Origin: Tricharina praecox
Lineage: Eukaryota
Direction: 5' to 3'
DNA: 64,000 bases
Assembly (NCBI RefSeq): GCF_024521635.1
Contig: NW_026250420.1
Coordinates: 434,001-498,000, forward strand
Below, piece after piece: positions 39,854 to 51,484 of this stretch (positions within the stretch are counted from its first letter, which is position 1; every line of letters begins with the position of its first letter). The notes under the pieces are model-generated. The model did not search any database, was not told where the DNA came from, and saw only the letters and a program-made list of their open reading frames with translations. Made by a program: the position numbers and the translations under genes.

Positions 39854-40769
39854 ATGGGAAAGACGTGGGTTTTTTCCTGTCCCTGTTACTGGCTTGATTT
39901 CCTCCATTACGCCATCATATGCGACGGAGGGTGGTGATCTCGTGTGACTGACGCAATACAACTTCGCAGTCAATCCAAGCTCACCCATGAACAGCTCACG
40001 GAGCTTCAGCAGGCGACTCTGTTCGAGCGCAAGGAGCTGCAGCAGTGGTACAAGGGTTCGCTTTCCTCTTCGCGCGTTTATTTTCTTCGCGCGCGCAGCA
40101 CACCGCGGTCACCGGATGGGTTGCTGATCACAGATTGGGGCGGATATCAGGCTTCCTCAAGGACTGTCCGTCGGGCTCATTGAACAAGTCGGAGTTCCAG
40201 AAGATCTACAAGCAGTTCTTCCCGTTCGGAGATCCGACCACGTTCGCCGACTATGTGTTTAACGTGTTCGATGCGGATCGCTCGGGATCGATCGACTTCA
40301 AGGAATTCATTGTCGCGCTGAGCGTCACCTCCCGTGGCACCCTCGAGGATAAGCTCAACTGGGCTTTCCAGCTCTATGATATCGACGGCGATGGCGAGAT
40401 TAGTTACGACGAGATGCTGCAGATTGTCGAGGCTATCTATAAGATGGTATGCGCTGTAGGGCGATCGCTCCGAATGATCTTGCTTTAGTTGCGGGAAAGG
40501 GGGGTTGCTGACGCCCGTCGGTTGTGCTGCGTACAGGTCGGATCGATGGTCAAGCTCCCCGAGGATGAAGATACACCACAGAAGAGAGTGGCCAAGATCT
40601 TCCGGATGATGGACAAAGACGAGGTTGGTTGACTGCAGCTCCGGAGTGCTGTGAACACAAACTAACAAACTCGTAGAACGGAAGCTTGACGCTCGACGAG
40701 TTCCGCGAGGGAAGTCAGAAGGATGCGACAATAGTGTCAGCTCTCTCCCTATACGACGGCCTAGTCTAG
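39854..40769 (+). CDS. NCS1: Neuronal calcium sensor/frequenin EF-hand protein (190 aa, 5 exons)
   Basis: Exons 39854-39864, 39970-40055, 40151-40446, 40537-40623 and 40677-40769. Myristoylation-type start [26 protein letters not shown]-hands [24 protein letters not shown] and [13 protein letters not shown]-terminus ALSLYDGLV. Confidence 0.97.
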
Positions 40770-43700
40770 CATCGGTATCGACTTTCTTCACCGTCTTTCC
40801 CCCGTGCTTTTGAAATACCCTTTTTGCGATGATCAGTTGGTTTTTCGGGCGGGTGTGCGCGGCACGTTTGGTGACCATACTTAGCGGCGCGGGGGAAGTA
40901 GGGAGGTTTGAAATGAGAAATGGTCATGCTGTCCGGTCCATTGGCGCCTTGTTTTAGTTCCTTGAAACCACGATATGAAATCGAATCACGGGGTGTTTTC
41001 TTTCAGGAGGCAGCTTTTTTTTTTTCTTTCTTCTTTTTCTTTTCTACACTTCTCTTTGTCTTTTCTTTTCTTTTCTTTTCTTGCTTTAGGGATATAAATG
41101 GTGTTGATACGCAAGCAAGTAAGCAAGTGGTTGGTTGGTGGCTTTCTCTGGCTTTGTCTGGCTTGTTATTTTTTTGTGGATGATATTTGAATTTGTGATA
41201 TTTTTTCTTCTTTCTCTCCGTATGCCTTGTTATTTTTTACGGCTTTTTTTTAACCTTACCTTACCTTAACTTACCTCAATACCCAGCAGGCTTTTTGTGA
41301 GTTTGTTGGTTGTGGACTCAATGCCCGAATAATTTGTATTGCTCCAACAAATTACGCATGAAATGGCAATGGCCGAGTGGTTTTTGGCTACTGGTATGTA
41401 ATGGTATGTAATGGTATTTAATGGTCATTCGGGCGCGCACTTGACGGAGACCGAGGCCTCATCTTCTCATGTGGAATTACATGAGTATGTGGAGTAAGCA
41501 TCTACAGCGTCACGGAGATCTCGCGTTTACGGCTGCTTGTCGATATGTACAGTACGGCGGCTTTGGACGGACCGGTCCAGAAACTGTATATACAGTGCTC
41601 CAGACGGACCAAAAGCTTTGTGGCGAGGAGACTCTGGGCGCCGACGATCCTGCGTTTATCCACCACATCTAGAAACCATCTTTGCTGCACGTAAGTGTGA
41701 AGTATGCAGGCACTTTCCTCGAGAACTCTCCGACATCCGCCTACGGTATTCCCATGGGCCATCCGAACCGGTGTCTGGAGACTGACACTGAGATGGCTCG
41801 GAAGACGGGATCAATCATCGGGCCTGGGTAACTAGGTGGTTGACCGCGGCTGTGGAATACCTCTCCGGATGGCGCGCGAGGGAGACTACCGTACCGTATG
41901 GAGACTACGGATGCGTCCGTCGTTGACGGGGGGAGGCTTGTGGGTTGGGTTGTGAGGATAGAGGATTCGAGGATGTACATACACAATGATACACATGCTG
42001 TTTGGGCACCCTCATCCTCCTTGTGCGAGCTGCTCCGACAGTCCAGCGATGAGCTGCCGAAAGCGCGAGAGATTCCTATGGCCCTATGGAAGGCTGAAGC
42101 ACGGTAGGGACTAACTACCCACAAGTGCCACCACCACCAACGAACGCCCCGGTAGCATACGGCGAAACTTGCTGGTTGGGATGGTTCATCGACTTTAGTT
42201 TCGACCCTACGCCGGTCTACAACGATACGAAATAAATCCAAGTACGTGTAACCAGGCTTCGGGATATTGATTTGATGTAGGTATTGCAATCCAAATTCTA
42301 CAGTCCGTTCCACACGACTTTCCCGATTGTTGGCCCGGGTGGATGAGTTTTGTCAAAGATACTGAGATACCTACCTGGTAGATAGGAGGATTGGTAGGAT
42401 GGCGTAGCTATTTTGTTGCTTGCTTCTTCTTCTTCTACTCCGGGCCGGTGCCCTTCTATAGGGTATATATACAGAATATGTCTGCCGTTGGGAGACAGAC
42501 CCGCCGGCGAGACTAGACAGACAACAGAAAAAATCTCCGGAGTCCGGATACATTTCGCATGAATGACCGAGTCCTTGACTCCTTCAGAAAAGTGCTCGTT
42601 GAAACTTCACCATCACCTTACAGCGGACACCAGGAGAGATACTTCATGTGCTCCGGAGCCCGGACGCCGTAATCTGACAAGTCTCAAGTTACTGCTGGCA
42701 CAAGCTGATCGGTTTGTGACCAGCCACATTCAGTAGCCAAAGAGCTTCTATCTACGATCCCACATACCGGTACTACATACGATCCCCCCGAATGCCGGAA
42801 TGTCTGCATACGCTCGTCGCCTCCACCACTGCACAACCAAAGTATTAAAAACCAAAGCGTGGTGGAAGGATGCAATTTTTTGATATACGTCCATTGATCT
42901 TCGAGAGTTCCGGATACCCAGTCGGGTTGCTGCTGGTCCAGTATCTATCCGCCGCGTGGTTAATCCGCCGTAACTATTCGCGGGTACGTGATCCCGTTTG
43001 TCAATCTTCTGTGCGTGCAGCCTGCATTACGTCCGCACTCCCTCCTCACAAAATTCCCTGATTGCTGTACCTAGGTTCATTAGTATCCGCCGCGTCGTCC
43101 AGTTGGTCCCCAGGTTCCCACTGCAAACGTCCCCATGTTTACATCGGCCCACGTTGTCACAGTCATGGTATTAAAAACCAAAATGTGACGTATGGACGAT
43201 TGTTGGTGGGATTCTTTTCGATCTGCGATCCGCGCCGGTAGTGGGGTAGTGGCGGCCTGGTGCTGGGTGGATGGGTCCTTTCTTTGTACATAGGAAGAAG
43301 AGTACCTAGTGGTGTTGGTGTTGGTGATGGTAGTGAGGAAGAGGAAGAGGAAGAGGAAGAGAAGGAAGAAAGGTAAGTAGGTTATGGGCGGTGGAAGAAG
43401 GAGCCCTAGGGTTATGCCTCAAAGGTCGAGAAAAACGCTCACTAGCTAGCAGAACGACCCATCAAAAGGCAAGACCCACTTTCCAACTTCTAAGGCATCT
43501 GGCGGCGATACCTATAAAAAGCCCCTCCCCCCCCTCCCCTCCCATCTTCTCTCTTCAAGCACAGGCATGAGCATAGCACAACAGCAGTGGCAAGAGTAAA
43601 GAGCAAGCACATAGCAGTGGCAAGAGCACAGCGGATTGACATAACGCCCCTTACGCGGTCAAGATTTTTTTCCTTCGGGTTTCCTCTATAAAACATCGCT

Positions 43701-45886
43701 TTCCTGGCTGCAATGCGAGGAGGCGAGGTTTTTTGGTCCATTACTAGGTAGGCTCCATGCGAAGAAAGCACACCAGGTTTGGTGGCATGAGGTCGAGATA
43801 GGAATCAGCATCGCTCAATCCTGAGTCCTCTGTTTCCGACTGCGTACCTAGGTTGACCGGTGGATTGGGAGCTGGTTGGTTGCCGAATCATTGCCAGTGC
43901 TTGACCGTCATGGGGCACGAGCGAGTGATACCGCGTGCGTGGGTGTGCACAACCGAGAGCTGGAGGGATCCAGTTACCAGTGCTATATACATGCAAAAGC
44001 CTTCACTACCAGTCATTCACTCCCACTGGGGGCTCTGCTCGGTAGAAGAGCGACGGAGTCTTGGAATCGAACCGGTTTCTGGCCGGCCGTCGGTTTCGTG
44101 GGATTTTGGTCTTGGAGTTCGGTATATTTACATTTTATTTTATTTTCTTTTCTGATGGTATGAAAAGGGGGAATTAGGTAGTCCTGATGGCAATGCCAAA
44201 TGATTAGGGAGGGTACTGGCGAATATTATACTCCAGGTCGTCCCAAGTGTTCCAGTGTCCATATAGAGGCCTTTACCTAGGTAGTTGGCATTCGAGGTAT
44301 GAAGCAATCCTATCAGCCACAACTAGTCAATTTAGGATCCAGGGAGGTACATTATCATGGGCAACACTGAGTTCCCCTGATGCCTGTACGGACAATAGTA
44401 CATAGGGTATTGCAGTGCCGCCGGAGTCTGCTACCTACCTACAGCCCCATTCAAAAGTTCATCGTCCGTTTGAGAACCTCCTCTAGGCTCCAGCATGCTG
44501 TCTCGCTCGCTCGTTCTTATTTGCGATTGGCTGGTTAAGATATGTAGTTATACCCCAAGATCCTCCTATCCTTATCGGCCGGCCTCCGGTAGAGAAGTTT
44601 GTTTACGACGTACGTAGACCCTAGTCAAAGGCGTATTAGAGTAGAGTAGCGCGCGGTCGGTCCCGTACCGGCCGGCGGCAGCAGCTCCAGAGCCCAGAAA
44701 GATCAGGGCATGTCGGGTGTGGTGTCTGGAGACTAACCACAGTACTCTATATAATACCCAGATGATTTCATGGCTGGGTATTCAGACAGGCTGGATGGCA
44801 TTAGCAGGGTGGCTGTCTGAATACCCATGAAACGATTTAGTAGGTACATATTAAAGTAGAGTAGCAGGGCCCGGTATGAGCTGCAGGTAGCGTGTCTTGT
44901 CAAAATTAAGCGGAAGAGCGAGTTTCAACTTGCCGTTGAGGGAAAATCTCGAATCTTGACCATGTACCTCCATGGCGCGAGTCGCAAGACGAGTCATCGC
45001 GGCAAATCCGTCTATCATAGCATGGGGTGGATCCGACGTAACTAAGCTTTGGCACGTGGATAGCACGTGAGCGGCCGATAGCTAATAGGCCTGGAGCAGG
45101 GTTGATTGGGAGTTAGAACTTGGAAGCCGTGGCGGTGGTTGATGGTGAGGGGTTTCAAAGACTCAATGGTGAGTTGGAGTTTGGATGTAGTTAGAGTCGG
45201 GGGGTGGACAATGGACGTACCTAGAGTTGGGTATCTTCATTGTCACTTACTCGGTTGGTTTGACACGCCACAACTATTCTAGGCCTAGTGAGGGCTTGCA
45301 CGCCTCGTGTGTCTGCAGGATGTGGAATTGATGCTACGGATCTTGAGCTTGGTCATCGACGATTCCAGGACTCCCGATCCGATCCCGTGTTTTGGGAACT
45401 CGCGAGTAGGTACGTTACTTGAGGTTTTGGCGAGGAGCGAAAATAGATCTGGAAACCTTGGGGACAACTACCCTCGTTAACTCTATTCAGGTGTGCGTTC
45501 GTTGCTGGAACTTAAGGCCATGATCTGGCAGTGTTAATGGTGGAAAGGCGGCGGGTTCTTTCCAAGCTCCAACAAAGACTCTCGCCATACAAGGTAGAAT
45601 AGGTAGGCTAGGGTAATCCGAGGGTTTTCTTTGACAATGCTTTGATCCGGCCGTTTGGAGGCTGGAGCAGTAGAGCTTGGAATCTGTCGAACCCAATTCT
45701 GGGAAGTTCGGCAACTGCCGCCATCACGTGCTTCCCCCACAACTAGCGCAGTTTGTATGACGCCCCTCACCTACTATCCCCAGCAGCTCTGATCTCTCTT
45801 ACCTCCCCTCCAAACCACGCACTCCACAACCTTCCGCAGCAGCTCTCACCACGCACGATAACCGCAATAAACCAACCGCAACCAAC

Positions 45887-46438
45887 ATGGCGACCCGCCC
45901 CTCCGCCGCCCTGCTGCAGCGCCAGCTGAAACTGATGCAGAACGATAAAGACCTCAGCAACATTTCGTGCGGGCTGGTGCACGACAACATCTACGAGTGG
46001 GACGTGATGCTCATGATCTCCGACGACTGCAAATTCTACGGCGGCGGGTTCTTCCGCGCCAGGCTGTCGTTTCCCACTGACTACCCGCACGCACCCCCCA
46101 AGATGCGCTTCGAGAGCGATATTTGGCACCCTAATAGTACGCCCCCCAACGAATATGAAGTGGGTGAGGACTGACAGCGAGCAGTCTACCCCGACGGAAA
46201 CGTATGCATCTCGATCCTGCACCCGCCGAAGGACGACGAGTACGGCTATGAGAGCGCCTCTGAGAGGTGGCTACCCGTGCACACGCCGGAGACGATCCTC
46301 ATCTCGGTCATCAGCATGCTGAGCAGCCCGAACGACGAGAGCCCGGCCAACATTGAGGCGGCTAAGCAGTGGCGCGACGATCCCGCCGCGTTCAAGAAGA
46401 GGGTTCGCAAGTGTGTTAGGGATAGCTTGGAGGCTTGA
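45887..46438 (+). CDS. Ubiquitin-conjugating enzyme E2, UBE2G1/Ubc15-type (167 aa)
   Basis: Exons 45887-46136 and 46185-46438. WHPNIYPDGNVCISILHPP with the catalytic Cys and the acidic loop insert KDDEYGYESASERW typical of Ubc7/Cdc34/UBE2G-type E2s; no long acidic tail. Confidence 0.93.
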
Positions 46439-47220
46439 GGGCTTGGGGGCGCGAAAGGGGTTTGGCGTTATCGGTGATGGGCGGGGGTGAGAGAGTGAGA
46501 GAGCTCCCTTGCTTATGCTTCCATGAGCCCTCTCTACTGGCCGGTATTGGTCGGGATTGGTGCTTTCCCTTTGAATGGAATACTTCTATTTGTTCTTCTG
46601 CTTCCTGCTAAAAGTTTCTGGTTATTAGTTTGGGAGGGGGGTGACTTTCCGCTGACGGAAATATCTGGTGCGAAATGGCTGTACTGGGTAGTATATGAAG
46701 GTCTTCCTTGCGAAGCACGTACGCAATACGATACGATACATTGCATCTGTTTTCTGTTACAGATACGATGCGATACACGGGGATGTATTTTCTGTCCGAA
46801 TAAATACATACGCACAGTCCTTATTACAGCCTTCTTCCCCATCATGTTCTGCAGGAATGCAGCCTCATAGGATGTTCTCTGTCCACCCCACCACCGACGG
46901 ACGACGCATATGCATACCAACCAGATGTCCGCCTTGTCTTCCATCGTCAGCTCAAGCCTCAAGTCTCAAGCTTCTCCCATTCCCGTGTTCGTCTTGACTG
47001 TGATTGTGATCGTGATTTCCGTGCGGCAACCTGCCTACCTGCCTACCTAGCCGCCCCACAGGCTGCAGTCCATACCCATCGTCTATCGTGCCTCCCTTCC
47101 TGCCGTCGCTGTGAACTTCTTTGTAACTTCGTTTGAGCCGGTAACTATGACTGGACTCTTTGTCTTCGCCGCCGGGCATGTGTGCACAGTCCAGTCCACG
47201 TCGCCCATTCCATCCACGCC

Positions 47221-47348
47221 CTATGGTGGTTGTGATTCATCGTGTCAGGCACCGACTATAGTGGCCAATCCGCATCTTCCTATCTATGGCTGTGATTCAT
47301 CGTGGCAGACGCCAACTACCCGGGTACGTAGCCAATCCGCATCTTCCT
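47221..47348. repeat. Two-copy ~62-bp tandem duplication
   Basis: CTATGG..TGTGATTCATCGTG.CAG.C.CC.ACTA...GCCAATCCGCATCTTCCT occurs at 47221-47281 and 47284-47348. Confidence 0.85.
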
Positions 47349-48578
47349 CTTTCTCTCTTTCTCTCTCTTGCCATTCCACCTAGAGCACGAGCGCGGCCAT
47401 CCATCCCGTGCCTCTACTTACCTAGCTGAAGTCGACACCGGAGGCTGAATGGTGCTCGCACCAGTGACCGCACCGCGGGCCCACAGGCCCGCCGGGGTCT
47501 TGGATCTTAGATTCTCGGCAGAGGCACAAATCCATCCAATGCGATCCACGGACCGGCCAAAAAACTCAATCGCCTCCGCCTAAGGCTGCATTCTCCGCGC
47601 CTCACGGAGTATGGGTAGTGCGTCGATGAGTCGATGAGTCTTCCATTCCCTCCCTCGCACAGAAACAGATCCAATGGCTGTTGGTAGGTTGGTGGGTTGT
47701 GGTTGGTAGGTTGGTAGGGTGATTGGTAGCCGCATGCGCAGCCCAGCCCGCCAGAGACTGGTGGTGCTTTATGTAGGCAAGCGAGGAGAAGAGAGAAGCT
47801 TCCAATCATTCGGCTCGGTACCGGGGTTGCTAGCTGGCTGGGTTCTGGAGCATTGCCGCCTAGTTGTTCACAGCCCCGCCGCCCCGCCGCCCCGCCGCGC
47901 CGTGTTGGAACTCGGGTTGGGTTAAGTTGAGGTTCGATTCTCGAGTGAGTGAGGAGTGTCGAGGGGAGGAGGGGCAAAGACTTCCTTCCTTCCATTCTTC
48001 CATTCTTCCAGCACAAGAGTTCGGGATGGATCTCAATCCATTCATCAACCCATTCACCGTCATGATTGGTCAGGCAAGCCCAGAGAAGAAACCCCACCCC
48101 CTCCCGAGTCCCATCCCATCCCATGGAACAAAAGCTCGCATTAATAACCGTCTAGAGTAGAGTAGAATTATACCCAGTGGAGTGAGTGACTGCAGCTCCG
48201 CCTCAGCAAGCAAGCAATGAGCATGCCAGTTCCCTCCATCCCACCCACGAGCGGCTGACACGAGTGGTTAACTATGCCTGCACACTGCAGACACGACACG
48301 ACACGGCTCCTCTAACAGTCCAACTAGCGGAGAGGACTTGCAGATGATTTGCGGAGCGCGCACGCAGGTATCTTGTAAGGCGCTCTCGATCCACCAATCT
48401 GTAGAGTACCCAAGTACGCAAGTAGAGCACACCCAAAAATCATCCCATTTATCTGGGCTTCCTCCCGCACGGCACGGCACCGACCGCACCGTAGAAACCT
48501 CCCCCATATCCCACCTTCCCCCCACGCCTCCCCCACTCCCAATAGATACCCAGATACCTACCTACCCAGGTATTCACC

Positions 48579-49291
48579 ATGCCGCCGTCTTCCTACACAT
48601 CCTCGTACCACTCGCCTCCGCAACGACTCTCGCAGCACCGGCGGCACCGGAGCTCGACCGTGTCCTCATCCGAGAGCGCCTACTACTCTCCTCCGCAGAG
48701 CTACTACTCGCCGCCGCAGCCCAGCTACCACTCCTCGCACTCGCACTCGCACTCCTCGCCCCACCACTCCTCCCCTCACCACCACCAGCACCAGCAGCAG
48801 CAGTATGCACCCGCACCCCCCGCCGAGCGCTTACCCAACTGCTCCGTCTGCGACTCGCCCGCAAAGCACGCGTGCGCCTGCGAGCTCAGCTCCCTGATCG
48901 TTGCGGTCGAGGAGGCGGAGGCGAAGGTGCTGTCGGGGGTGTGGGACGATATCCGGTATTTCCCCCTCCCCTCTGCCCCCCTCTGTCCCCCCATCCCCCT
49001 CTGTCCCCTCAATCAATACTGACGCAATGTGTAACTAGACGATACGTCACGACGCGCGCACAATCGCAGATCCATGCGGACTTTGCGGCGGTGACGGCGC
49101 AGCGACGCGCTATGGCGAGGACGGTGGTGCAGAGGGATGTAGACGAGGACTGGAGGAGGTGTGTGCAGAGGTATCCCGAGATACTGGAGGCACAGTATAG
49201 GCGTGTGGAGGAGGCGGTTAGGAGTGGGAGGGGGGTGGCGGAGATACTGGGAGGTGGAGGTGGGGGGAGGATGAGGGTTGTTTATGAATGA
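48579..49291 (+). CDS. Hypothetical fungal protein with CxxC-x7-CxC motif (209 aa)
   Basis: Exons 48579-48955 and 49039-49291 (GTATTT..CTGAC..TAG, phase-compatible). S/Y/H/P-rich N-terminus, then CSVCDSPAKHACACE and a helical region ending DEDWRRCVQRYPEIL. Confidence 0.75.
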
Positions 49292-49864
49292 GGGATGGGA
49301 TGGAGTGGGATGGTCGGCGGAACAAATTGGGCGAGGAGGGGGAAACATCGACAGACGACAGACGACAGACGACGGAATGATCTATGGCGTATGGGTTTCT
49401 TTACTGTATGATCTAATGACTATGGTATAGTTTCGATAGAAGAAGGATGCATTGTGTCAAGTATTCACTCGTACCTTTTGCGTCATGTAACAATGGGGGA
49501 ATTGTTATTAGTTAGGCCATTATGTAGCACAAAATGGACCGTCCGGACTCCGCAGGCGAGTCCGTTTCATAGTACCACACCCTCCCTCTTGCTGTGATTC
49601 CTCTACTCATTCTGTGCACGTCAATCGTAATTCTTACGTGGAGGCCGGAACCGAAGGAGATAAGAAGTCATCGATTGTAGCACAAGGCGGCGCGAGGCAG
49701 ACCTGTACTCGCCGTAAGTAGCATAGCAATCCCACTAGGCACCTCCCGCCCACTAAATACGGTATTTAGCGAACTAAGCGCGTCCTGCCGCCGTCGTCTG
49801 TAGTTACCATGTATGTGGATATAAACCTCGAGCTCCCTAGTTAATCAACCACCTCCCGTCACCA

Positions 49865-51253
49865 ATGGTCCACCCCCAGCCAGCCATGGCCAATCCATCC
49901 CCCCTCGCTCACGCCGCACTCACAGGCGCCAGCATGGTCCACACATCCCTCCAGCCATCCCCCACCCCCCACCAGCTATCTTCCACCCCCCTCCAGCCCT
50001 CCTCCACCTCCCACCACCCCATCCAGCACCTCCTCTCGACCCTCGCCCAATCCTGCATCTCCGCATCCTTCTCCTCCGCCGCCGCCTCCTCCCCTTTGCT
50101 ACAAAAGCGCTGCGACGACCTCCTGCGCCTAGCGCGGACAAAGCTGCACGCGTACCCGTTCTCGGCTGTGCCCGAGTACTGGCGGCAGCTGTTCACCGAT
50201 GCGAGCATTGTCAAGGCTGCTATGATGATTCTGCGCAGCTGCGGGGAGGGCGGGGATGGGGCGCTGGGGGCGCTGGACGCGGTGGAAGTGCTTGACATGG
50301 CGCTGATCATGGCGGGTGCGCCGGGGGAGGGGAGGAGGGAGGTTGCGGAGGGGATGTTGCTCGCGCTGGAGGGGGCGGTGGGGGAGCAGCGTGGGGATGG
50401 GGGCGGGGGCGCGGATGCGGGGGCGGCGGAGGTGGTGTGGGATCGCGTCGTGGACGCAGCGCACGTTGCGCACCCGATACGGCAGTGCGGCGAGCTTTCG
50501 CTGGACGAGTTCCAGGAGCACATGGACGTCCTCAACACGCCGGTGATCATTTGCGGGGCGCTTTCGCAGTGGCCGGCGCTGGGTGCGCGGCCGTGGAGCT
50601 CGCCAGCGTACCTGCTGTCGCTGACGCACGGGGGGCGGCGCCTAGTCCCCGTCGAGGTGGGGCGCGCATATACCGACGCCGGGTGGGGACAGAAGATCGT
50701 GCCGTTCCGCGAGTTCCTGGAGACGTACATGACCGAGGGCGCAACGGAGATCGGGTACCTCGCGCAGCACACGCTGTTTAACCAGATCCCGAGGCTGCGG
50801 AATGATATCGTTATCCCCGATTACTGCTATGCGGACCCAGGGGACCCCCCCGGGAATGTTAAGGCTACGGAGATGTTGGGTGAGCCTGTGATTAATGCTT
50901 GGCTCGGCCCCAGGGGAACGGTCAGTCCCTTGCATACCGACCCGTACGCGAACGTCCTCGCGCAGGTCGTTGGCAGCAAGTATGTCAGGCTGTATCCGCC
51001 AGAGGAGACGCCGAGGGTGTTTCCGCGTGGCGTCGAGGAGGGAGGCGTGGATATGGGTAATACGAGTCGTGCTGAGGTCGAGGAGGAGGGAGGCGGAAGT
51101 GAGTTGACGGAAGAGGAGAGCGAGGTGTTCAAACAAGCCAGGTACGTGGACTGCGTTTTCAGGGAGGGCGAGCTGCTGTTTGTTCCCGCTGGCTGGTGGC
51201 ATTATGTCCGGAGCTTGGAGACAAGCTTTAGTGTTAGCTTCTGGTGGAATTAG
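49865..51253 (+). CDS. JmjC-domain 2-oxoglutarate oxygenase, JMJD5/KDM8-like
   Basis: Single ORF with RLVPVEVGRAYTDAGWGQ, GYLAQHTLFNQIP.LRNDI, NAWLGPRGTVSPLHTDP (HxD) and PAGWWHYVRSL..SFSVSFWW. The start codon is uncertain because several upstream Mets are in frame. Confidence 0.92.
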   Translation: MVHPQPAMANPSPLAHAALTGASMVHTSLQPSPTPHQLSSTPLQPSSTSHHPIQHLLSTLAQSCISASFSSAAASSPLLQKRCDDLLRLARTKLHAYPFSAVPEYWRQLFTDASIVKAAMMILRSCGEGGDGALGALDAVEVLDMALIMAGAPGEGRREVAEGMLLALEGAVGEQRGDGGGGADAGAAEVVWDRVVDAAHVAHPIRQCGELSLDEFQEHMDVLNTPVIICGALSQWPALGARPWSSPAYLLSLTHGGRRLVPVEVGRAYTDAGWGQKIVPFREFLETYMTEGATEIGYLAQHTLFNQIPRLRNDIVIPDYCYADPGDPPGNVKATEMLGEPVINAWLGPRGTVSPLHTDPYANVLAQVVGSKYVRLYPPEETPRVFPRGVEEGGVDMGNTSRAEVEEEGGGSELTEEESEVFKQARYVDCVFREGELLFVPAGWWHYVRSLETSFSVSFWWN

Positions 51254-51484
51254 AGGATATCCATCCACAGAGTTAAGCTCTGGTCTGGCCGTGCTTGGAC
51301 GACAAAAGCCGTACATTTTGGCTTCCGGTACACTCTTAAAAATCTGGCCGGAGCGTCTATATAATCTGGCCTACCAATTTTTTTCGCGGGGGATATCGAA
51401 ACCGAAATCGAACCTTTGGAGACAGGTAGCAATATTAGACAATCATCAACATAACATCACTACTAGAAAATACACCAAATCACC

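Noticed and set aside
49865..51253. JMJD5-like enzyme as partner of the altered H3 tail (JMJD5 has reported tail-clipping activity)
   Set aside because: It lies ~15 kb away with unrelated genes between. JMJD5-like genes are widespread, and nothing in the sequence links the two.
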